Origin: Nageia nagi
Lineage: Eukaryota > Plantae > Pinophyta
Length of the DNA: 64,000 bases
Reading direction: 5' to 3'
NCBI GenBank assembly: GCA_050084985.1
Contig: JBITNC010000001.1
Coordinates: 167,462,001 to 167,526,000, forward strand
Under the pieces are notes generated by a model. That model was given only the letters and a program-made list of their open reading frames with translations. It did no database searches and was not told the DNA's origin. Shown piece after piece: positions 54,424-64,000 of the stretch (its first letter is position 1; every line of letters starts with the position of its first letter). A program made the position numbers and the translations under genes.

Positions 54424-54771
54424 TGTTGTAATTTGCAAGTGCGGAAATACAAATTACCATAAAACAATCAATACCAATGCAAACAAAAAACACAGCAATT
54501 TATGTGGTTCACCCAAATGTTGGGCTACGTCCACCAAGCATAGGTATCGGTTATCTTATTATTCAGCTAATGGAGATTACAGTCAGGACTCAGTCCTCTC
54601 TGACACACTTACAGCCTCAACGGGCATACGAATTTATAGCAATATATTAGAAACTGATCATTAATTGTGATCTCACCCATATTCTAACTTGGTTGCATTG
54701 GTTACAACCAATCCTGGTTTATAGGATCTAAAATCCTATTCACGGATGAGTTGTTGTCACCATTTCTAACA
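54424..54771 (-). repeat. 5' LTR of copia B
   Basis: 2 bp from the PBS; followed by the TSD. Confidence 0.97.
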
Positions 54772-56014
54772 CCCCTCAGAACACCTGTAATAGCTCCTGA
54801 AATGAACCAAAACGTATACAAGACTTCAAAAATCGTAACAAATCTATCATTTTCTATGAAAAGAAAAAGAAGGCTAGATATTTCTAAAGATGTAGTTAGG
54901 GATCAAAGAGTCCAGATCAAATGATGATAGTGCGTGCAAACAAAACCTAGGTTGAGAGCTGTTCTTAATGTATTTTTTCCCGTATTTCCTCCATTTTTAG
55001 CCATCATCCAAATTCTCTGTCTCTGATCTTGTTATGAAAATATGTACCGGTCTTTCCTCTGGTACTCTCTTCCTCTTTTTCTGCTTGCTATGGGAAAGAA
55101 TGTGCATAACAATCACTTCAATGGAAATAAAAAACAGAAGAACCAGCCCATGAAATAATGTTTTGGAGCCTGCTCCAACTTTGGTAAAAAATAGTACCAT
55201 AAAATCCGATCTAGAAAGTTTCAAATATGTAGTAAAGAAATACTTACATGATCTCTTTATTGCCAGAAGTGTTGCTCCACGTTTGATTAGATTGTTGCTG
55301 CTCCGACAGAACATGTAAATGTTGTCCCTCTGATCTTCCCTCCTTTATGGCTTCATTCTTGTCTGCTATGAGTACATTATCATTGTCAATCTGGTTAGTC
55401 AAAAGGCTATCAAAACAGTTATGGTTGGAGTAAGGCCTAAATTCCAATAGATCCATCTAAGAAAAGGAGACGTTAAATCTATGAAACAAGCCTAATAACA
55501 ACAATTCCTAGCCAATCTTTGTTTTGACACAAAACTCAATGTGCTCACAAGAGTTGGAGAAGGGTGTATAAATAACAAAATCCGAAGCTGTTCACGCGGT
55601 ATTCAAATTTTAATAGGACGACGCCTTTGCGTTTTCACGTGTATACCGCACCAAAAGTAATACTTCAAATATTTTATTCAATTTCTCCTTTTTCGTCAAC
55701 CAAATATAATCAAATATTTGCTCACGATATTTGTTCAAAACTAGTCTTAATCTTGGTCGGTAAAGCACTCTTAAGAGTATCTTCAATAATTACAATGTCA
55801 GACAGCTTAGAAAACCTTAAACTTCATTGGTGGTGCTTGAATTTCATGTTCAGCGGATGTTGACATTTTGCTGCGCTAGTCATGTTTTTCATGTTAATGT
55901 CCACACCTTCATATCCTTCAAGGGAGATTTTTCAGGAAGAGTTTATCCTTCATGGACAACTCCATCCAATTGTGCTACTTCCTTTATGATATATTATCAG
56001 TGTATATCAAAACT

Positions 56015-56680
56015 CATATGATGGGCGTATATCATGATGACATTGTTCCGTTCAGATATATCATGGGCGTATATAGAAGCTACATAATGGGCAAGTATTG
56101 AGACCTGCTAGAAAAAATTCTTCAGTTTGGTGAGATATATGATGGGTGTATATTGAACCTATATCATGGGTGTATAGCGAGAACTTGAAAAAATTAAGAT
56201 TTTGTGGAATGGATATATCACGTACGTATATCAAATATATCATGGGTGTATAGCAAGAAACATGAAAAACCTAGAAATTTTCAAACTAGACATATGATGG
56301 GCATATATCACTTAAAACAACATGGGCGTATAGCGATAATTAAGAATGGAAATTTTTTAAATTTTTAAAAGAAATATATTACAAGCGTATAGCAGTTATA
56401 TGAACTAAAAATGGAAATTTTTTATATTTATGAATGAGATATATTACAAGCATATAAAGGTTATAAGAGGGGCATATAATGAGAACTAGGAATGGAAAAT
56501 TTTTAAATTTTTGAATGCAAATTTATTATGGGCGTATAGTGGTTATAATATGTATGTATAGCAAGAATAAAAAAAATTAAATTTTTGAATGAGCTATATT
56601 GCAAATTTATAGCGATAATTTTAGTTATATAACGAGCTTATAGTGCACCTATCATGGGCATATATCGAGATCTATAAATA
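56015..56680 (+). repeat. Cluster of short ATGGGCGTATA(T/G)C-type repeats
   Basis: About a dozen decayed copies at 35-65-bp spacing. The same motif recurs in the same orientation at ~62945-63135. Confidence 0.7.
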
Positions 56681-57119
56681 TAAAGTTGAATTTTCAAGCA
56701 TGTATTTACCACTCCTACTTTGTCAGACATTAAAAAAAAAAAGAAAATGATCCCACACTAAAACATTTGCAGACCATCCTGGACGGTGCTGCCAAGATGA
56801 GCACTTATACTAGTACTCATTCTCGTATCCCTATTTAAGTTTTTTGTTCTTTGAAAGTGTTTATCATTTGTTTATTTTCCTTTTTATTCATCAACTAAAA
56901 ACCCTTACCATATCTTATGATATTACAAAGCATTGTGTATGGTACCGCTACATGGAGCTTTCTACTAACAGAAGCACGGTGACCATCCTAGTATGCATTC
57001 CTGTTAAATTTATTTGGTTAGTTTTTTTCCTCATAAATTCTCTATAATAGGGTTTTTTGGTTAGGTTATTTCTTATGATAGAAATATGATTATAAAGATT
57101 AATTGAATTAATAACAAAC

Positions 57120-57335
57120 CATGTTCCAAATTTTCTAATTTTGGGCATTATTTGACAATGTGTAGGGCTTAGGGTTTGATAACTATATAGATTCATAGTT
57201 AGGATTTTTTTTAGTTAGAACCATCTTTTTAATAAGAAACCTTCTTTCAAATTTTCCAATATGGGACATTGTTTGATAATGCATAGGGTTTAGGGTTTGA
57301 TAACTATATAGATTCACAGTTAGGGATTTTTCTCC
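57120..57335 (+). repeat. ~121-bp tandem duplication
   Basis: TAGGGTTTGATAACTATATAGATTCA at ~57170 and ~57291. Confidence 0.85.
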
Positions 57336-59079
57336 AGTTATAACCATATTTCTTACAAGAATAACAAATATATGCAAAGGAAATACTCTTTTAACCAGTC
57401 TTTGATGTATTTACAAACCTTGTTACAAATCTCCCACTTTCGGGTATTGTATTAAAATTATGTGAAAATAAAATTGATAATGTTATTCTTCTATAGTTAA
57501 CTTCAATCTGACTACAACTAGGTTTCCTTTTTATTCTTCAACCTCTCATTAATTTTCTTACTCCATTTAACATCTTTTGAACTTAAATCCAACTACATCA
57601 AGTTGTCTTTTTAATTCATCAATCTTACTCCATCTACCCTCAATTGAACTTCAATCCAACTACATCCATGTGTCTTTTTGATCCTCAATCTTTCATCAAT
57701 GTCCTTACTTGTTTATCATCATCCTAGTTGCCCACTTATCCATAACAAAATTGAAATAAAAACATAAGATGGAGCATATTTAGTCTCCACCAAACTAAAT
57801 AATGCTTCTATAAATGCCCTGATTCCTACATTCTTATGTAATGTAAAAGCACCTAAGATAAGCATAAATTTCATCTTGGTAATAAATTTGATAGCTTACT
57901 CAAGTGCTTCATCAGATGAAATAGTTTAATAGAATCATTGCATTCCATGAAACTATGTTTGAATCATGTCTACTAGGTAACTAAAAACCACAACATTTAA
58001 CATAAGTATACTTTTTACTTAGTCTTTGATGTATCGATAAACCTTGTTGCAAGTTCATACTTTGAATATGTTACTTTTTTTTAATTGCAGGGAAGTTACA
58101 CTTATAATTTTGAAATGTGTTGTGAAAATGTCCCTATCAATGATGGTATATGCCAAATAATACACACTTGATTTTTATTATTTTGAGTGGGTAGTACAAG
58201 TACATGTTGATCTTCTATTTTTTTGTTTTAGGAACACACCATACAACTTTCTAAGTAGGAGTTTAGAAGCTTGCATTGGGTACCTAATCATAGAGAGGTA
58301 TTTGTAGATTCCATTGCAAGAGAATGGATAACCATCAAGAAGGGTGATAGAATTCAATATGGGAATTATGGTTTGATTAATGGTGTTCAAAAAGGTAACA
58401 ACCAGAGGTTAGACCAACATGGGAGCCAAGATCATGAAGGTGCACCACCAGTTCCTCCTCTACCAAGAGGTAGAAGGCCAGCTGATGGTATTAAAAAACT
58501 AGCATTCGATAACCAAAATAAATACATAGAAAATAGCAAGGATATAAATAAGGTGATGATGAGATAATTTATAGTAAGCATTATAAAGTGTTAGGCGGTC
58601 TTTATTTTAAGTATGATGTCAAAGATAGAAAAACATTACCATAACCAACCATTGTTAAAATGCAAACAAACTAGAAGAGTATAATGCTAAGGGTAGAAAA
58701 AAAAAAATTGGATCATTATAAACATGACTTCAATAAGGGGCATGTGAAATTTATCATACAAGGGAAGGTAATAAAACAACATTTCAATAAGAATTTAAAA
58801 AAAAATTCAAAGAATGTTGTTATTAGATATTTGTACAAATATACAATATTTTTGCTTGTTGACATCATAAAATTATTGATAGGATTTGCCACATATTTAA
58901 GGGTCTTCATGTGCAATTGAGTTTTAGTCTACATAAAATGCTCAAGGTGTTAATGATGAGGTTAATGTTGATCATGAGGTGAATGATCAGGTAACTCCAA
59001 TTTCTTATAATTTAATTTGAACTAAATTCTATATTTTTGTATTCAGTTGAGGGTCTCTAAAGTATTATTTGACATGCAG

Positions 59080-59800
59080 GTAAGGCATAATAATATTCAT
59101 CCATTTTCCCCCAAAAAGGGTCAAAAGGTGCATCTCCTTGACCCTATTAGTAATATAGTGGGGTTTGGTGATGTACACAATGATATTCCCGCTAGAACAT
59201 ACCATGGTACCACTATTGGTGAAGGGCATGTTTCAATAGAGGTGATAACAGTTGATTTTAGAGGTTACAAGGTACCCATACCCAATGGGGATGCTACAAC
59301 ATTGGGAGAAGCTCTTTGGGGTTTTGTGTTATGGGACACTAACTTAGTGCAACCTAAGTGCTAACAATCCATAATAGCCCAACATGTATAATCATTCCTA
59401 AATTTATATCAAATGTCTACGCAATTAATGATATTTGTGTTTTATAATAATTATATTTTTTAATTAACTGACTTCATTTTTTGTGTAGACAAATGTTGGT
59501 CCATAACTACAACAATGTGTAAATGATGGATCATTTTCCATGAAAAAGGGTCAAAAGGTGCATCTCCTTGATCCTCTTTGTAATATAGTTGGGTCTGGTA
59601 ATGTGCATAATGATGATCCTATTAACACATGCCATGGTAGCACTATCGAAGAGGGGCACGTTTCTATAGAGGTGATGTGATGTAATTTTAGTGATTACAT
59701 GCTACCCATACCCAATGGGGATGCTACTACTTTGGGAGAAGCTATTTGGGGCTTTATGTTATGAGAAACTAAATCACTACAACTTGATTTCCAACCTCCT
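59080..59800 (+). mobile_element. Two tandem exon-like copies of a CACTA/En-Spm TnpA (TNP1-like) domain, remnant
   Basis: KKGQKVHLLDP...IVG.G.V...HG..I.EGHVSIEV......PIPNGDATTLGEA.WGFVLW matches the typical En/Spm ORF2 domain. Each copy is preceded by an AG acceptor; period ~430 bp; copy 2 has stops. Confidence 0.6.
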
Positions 59801-59889
59801 ATTATAACCCAATAGGTATAATCATTCCTTGTTTTATATCAAATGTTTCCTATTTGTTTCATAACAAGTATATTTTTTAATTAATTTTT

Positions 59890-60320
59890 CATTTCATCAT
59901 TTTGTTTATGATATAAAATAACATGCATAAAGAAATGGAGTAGAAGAAGGATATAAATGAAGGAGAAGATCATGAAGAGCAAGGGTTCCAAGAACAACAT
60001 GTTGAAGATGCTGCAACATGGACTGAGTATGTTACATAGTCCACACAAGATGCCACAAATGAAATAAAAAAAGTATTCTTCATTCCAAAAATAACACAAT
60101 TTAGTCAAAGTTGATTTAAACATTTTGAAAGTAATGTTCACCAATGCATCATTTTCTTTATGATATAGTATAACATGCATAAAGGAATGGACAAGAATTA
60201 GTATTTAAATGAAGGATAATGTTGTGAAGATGTAGGGTTCCTAGAATAGCATGTTGTAGATGTTGCAAAGTGGACCTAGCCCATTACACAGACAACATAG
60301 GATGCCACAAATGACATAGT
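59890..60320 (+). repeat. ~251-bp diverged tandem duplication
   Basis: CATCATTTT.TTTATGATATA..ATAACATGCATAAAG.AATGGA at 59896 and 60147. Confidence 0.75.
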
Positions 60321-60456
60321 GTAGGTATTATTCATGCTATTTGTAAGGAATATTTTCCATGTTTATACATATTATTTACATACATGTACACTAATGTAGA
60401 CCCTTTTCTCAAAACCCCTATGCATATCCTACCATCAAAGTACTCTTTGATGAATT

Positions 60457-60590
60457 CCCATACCTTTTTCCACATCCCCCTATATTTGTTGGCACATTCC
60501 TGAAGAATGAATGCCCATACCTTTTTCCACAACCCCCTATATTTGGTGGCACATGCTTGAAGAATGAATGACCATACCTTTTTCCTAGAA
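60457..60590 (+). repeat. 57-bp tandem repeat, ~2.5 copies
   Basis: CCATACCTTTTTCC recurs at ~60458, 60515 and 60572. Confidence 0.85.
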
Positions 60591-63500
60591 TAACATTTAA
60601 GGAAAGCCTGTACATAGCCATAAATTGCTACATGAATAAGATATTGTACATATTTTATTCAATAGGTTTGTTTGAGTTTAAGCACATCCTAATTTTCTTT
60701 GTCATGCATAACAATAGGATAATGAGGAATTACAGGTAGAGGAAGAAGATGGTCAATGTAGTGGTGGTGTTATAGCCACATGGGAGGATTTTTATTTATT
60801 GAACCTGAATGGAAAACATATTCTAAAATCTGAAATATATTTTGCTGCAATAGACCAACAACTTGGTGGAGGGTTGAGTGGTTGTTTAGTTTGTTGTGTA
60901 CTCTTCACGGTTGGTTGCATGCACACCCTAGTCTTTTGCCTAGTCAAAAATAATTCAATGTACTGATACAAGATGAATGTGAAGAATGGAACAAACTAAA
61001 AAAGATTCAATGCTTAAAAGATAACTATCCAGATGAACATTTTGATTTGGATTAAGTTATTGAGAAAAAGTTGAATTCTATGACTGCATGTTGAATATTA
61101 AAGTTCAAAATACTAGAGGATATAAACTATTGACAAAATGGTGAATGCCATTTTAGAAAATCCTAGAATTTACATTGTTGCATGGGCTGATCCATTTTTC
61201 ATTTTGAAAGTTGAGGAACATGCATGTTACATTTTTTATACTCTTGGTCACAAACTAGAGGAGAACTACAAAGAAGGATATGTTATAAAGTTTGATGAAC
61301 ATATGGAAGTGTGGGAGAAGGAAAAAGGGAAAAAAAGAGGATGAATAGTACACTTTATTAAAACAGGGTAAGGATTGCTGTAAAGATTAGTTTGCTATAT
61401 TTTTAACAAAAAAATGTATGCATTATTGGATCATTGACTTCAAAGCTAGGGCATTAAATAAGATCAACCTAACTAGGAATTTGATGTTGGACTTCACTCT
61501 CACAAAAGTAGAGGATGGTGAAAATAGATGGGTATTGGAATTAATGTTTTATGTATGTTTGACTCCTATTTTAGGCATTTAGTAACCTAAACCTAACAAT
61601 GTTGTTTTAGACCTCCTCCTATGATTGGAAGAATTAATGAAGAAAATGTATCAAAAGATGACAAAGGAGCATTTAGGAAGACACTAGGTCTTAGATCTAG
61701 ATCTAGACCAATCATAGGGATAAATCCTCTTGCTATGAAAAGCGGTGAAGGAAGAGAGATGCTTAGTATAATTCCAAGGTTTCTCTTGAAGGGACAAAGC
61801 CACCTACGGCTTGTACCTTGCTAGAAAATAAGGAAAAAAAAAGGAACAAATCATTTAGATAGGTGACATTTGAAAACATCACATGTAAAATTCTCATACA
61901 ACATGTTACTATCTCAAAAAATTTCTACATCTAATAGGTTAATAGGTTATAGCATAAATCAACAAGTCTTTGTTGATGTAAATGAAAACTATATAGTAAT
62001 ATTGATTAATGTAATTTTCTTTAGTTTTATTTTTTTTTTTAGGATTCTTAATATGCAAATTTGTATGATGTTGTTTACTTTGATTTGATGTACAATGTAC
62101 TTTATTTTACTTTTGATGTGCAACTTATAGATTTTGAATTATATGGTAGATAACCCTAGGAGTGGATAGTGGAGATATTAAGGAATCGATCAAAATGAAG
62201 AGATTTAAATATAAAGCCATCAAAATGCCTCAATGCAAGTCTCTACATAACAAAATGCTTATAGATGAAGAAAATTGTAAGGGACAACACTCACCTATAT
62301 TTGAACTATCCAACTGCATGGGAATAATAGAGAGAAGTGGAAATTATGGAGGAACATATACAAAAAGTTTTACAAGCATGAATACAAAAATATGCATTTT
62401 GATGTTAAAGAGACTACAGATGAAAAAGATCCATTCATGTATGAACTAGATGTGGACTTCTTTCAACACAACAAAAAAATATGCTTCGTTCCCACCCCAT
62501 TTTCCATGTATAATCCTAGATAAGACTTTGTAATTGTGATTGTATATTTGACTATATATATTTTGGCCATCAAAGTACTATTTATGACCATGTTTATGAT
62601 CATGTTTGTGAAAGCCCTTTTTTGTACATATATAATTGACTGTATACAAATCATATATGCAATGGTTCTACTAATTTTAGAATTCATAATATTATTTAAT
62701 ATAGAATTTGCAAAGGTTGTATTACATTCTTAACTATGAATAATCCATTACAAGTCATACATAATTCAATACAAATCATATGATAAATAGACAAAGAGTA
62801 ATGTAGAAATCTAGGCCTAAAACATGTATAATTCAACACAAATCATATGATAAACAACTTAAGATTAATATAGAAATTTGGGCCCAAACCATTTCATAAA
62901 TAACTTAACATTGTGTAGATATATCATGTGCATATATATGAATATATGATGGGTGTATATAGTGTTAGTTACGTTCAAATATATATTATAGATGCATATA
63001 AAAATATATGGTGGGCCTATATAGCATTCAAAGATATATGGTGGGCATATATAGTGAACATCACTAGTGTTACTTACATTCAAAGATATATAATGGGCAT
63101 TTATCAAATATCAAGTTATATTATGGGTTTATATAAATATAATGTATGGGAGTATGTAATATGGTTCATCATCATTGAATGTGATTCATTATTAGTGAAT
63201 TATGTGGATATCTAGATATATTAGGGTTCATGAACTATAGTATATATTAGGGTTCATGATTAGGTTTCATGAATAATGGTATATATTAGGGTTCATGAGT
63301 AATGTAAGCTCCATATTTCGATATGAGATTGAGTAAGCATATGAGTGAAGATCATGGTTACCAAGACTTACATTAGAAAAAAATGATCTTGGCTCCTATG
63401 CTCTTTCAATCTCAATCAGGTTGGGGAGATAAAAGGTACCATATCCTTTAATGAATCTAAAGTTGTTTTATGTATAGGATATTTTGAAGATTTATTACAT

Positions 63501-64000
63501 GCTTTTGTAGCTTCGTTTCTAATTTCTACAATATCTTATTTCCTTTTGCAGTAGGACTTTCAACCAAGTAACTCTAAGGCTTCTTTTTACTTTTCTTATT
63601 TATTGTATTTAATTTAACCATGCATAAGGACATTTAGACATCTAACCATGTCTTGTTTACTATAGGCTTATGTACCTCCTTTCCACATTTCTTTCATGTC
63701 TTGTTTTCTTTTCTCATAATGTCAATGACATTTCCATTCCTAAAATCATTCATGCATCTTTTGCTAAGAAAATTTTGTTTACTACTCTAATTCTTTAGGT
63801 ATATTTTGCTTAGGAAATTCTTATAGATATTATGATACCAATAAGTCAACTCCATTCATAGGACATACACAACTTAAATATTATTTTTCCAATAACTCAG
63901 ATATTATGATGCCAATAACTTAGATCCATATATCAGACACACATAATGCAGATGAAGCATAATACATTTAATAATATCTCAGATCCATACTAAGGACATA

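Larger units (their letters stand above)
49708..54771 (-). mobile_element. Ty1/copia LTR retrotransposon (Tnt1/Tork-like), full-length, 5064 bp
   Basis: 348-bp TG...CA LTRs. TSD CCCCT (49703-07 / 54772-76). PBS TGGTATCAGAG 54411-21; PPT AAGGTGGAGAT 50056-66. Domain order gag-PR-IN-RT-RH. Confidence 0.98.
49511..55456 (-). pseudogene. WRKYGKK paralog, pseudogene; exons 55456-55248, 55087-54947, 54796-54772 + 49707-49511
   Basis: Same exon structure as 27326-28242. TAC>TAA stop at 54997-99 (DDG*), HNH>HNN, and a copia inserted between the two zinc-finger Cys. Confidence 0.95.
41015..55923. repeat. Tandem segmental duplication, copy B
   Basis: Same order and orientation as copy A. Carries the empty target sites of A's three insertions. 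Confidence 0.9.

Noticed and set aside
49610-54664. Plus-strand ORFs of 112 and 127 aa with near-identical sequence
   Set aside because: They are simply the two LTR copies read antisense; no coding evidence.
60332-60621. Repeat-containing ORFs (MWKKVW..., CGKRYGHSFF)
   Set aside because: Explained by the 57-bp tandem repeat; open in two frames with no domain similarity.
60700-62450. MuDR/MULE transposase call
   Set aside because: Only faint hints (a PP..GR stretch and a knuckle-like QCKSLHNK); no catalytic DDE or SWIM motif could be read.
57165-63300. TTAGGG/TTTAGGG hexamers as interstitial telomere repeats
   Set aside because: Only isolated one-to-two-unit occurrences inside other repeats; no array.

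Overview
AT-rich, strongly CpG-depleted plant nuclear DNA. The PLS-type PPR relics and Tork/Tnt1-like copias look gymnosperm-like, but that is inference. The only apparently intact gene is a 3-exon group IIc WRKY transcription factor with the variant WRKYGKK heptapeptide (minus strand, 27326-28242, 188 aa). It lies in an old tandem segmental duplication (copy A ~10035-28790, copy B ~41015-55923); each copy carries two decayed PPR-gene relics plus the WRKY. The copy-B WRKY is dead: a nonsense codon just before the WRKY motif, a His-to-Asn change in the zinc finger, and a full-length Ty1/copia (348-bp LTRs, CCCCT TSD) inside exon 3. Copy A has three private insertions whose empty sites are visible in copy B: an older copia (TSD CTTGA), a 1.9-kb non-autonomous hAT built from serial palindromes (8-bp TSD), and a 4.2-kb TG...CA solo-LTR-like element (TSD AGAAT) 270 bp downstream of the WRKY stop. 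Between the copies lie a ~6.8-kb composite 70/32-bp satellite, whose variation looks like independent CpG decay of a GC-rich ancestor, and a degenerate L1 ORF2. The left end holds a non-autonomous LTR element abutting a non-L1 LINE RT; the right end holds CACTA TnpA-like exon relics and small tandem repeats. I found no convincing new multi-gene system. The most interesting signals are the divergence paradox between the WRKY pair and its flanks, the reciprocal insertion record, the palindromic hAT and the CpG-fossil satellite. All alignments and percentages were done by eye.
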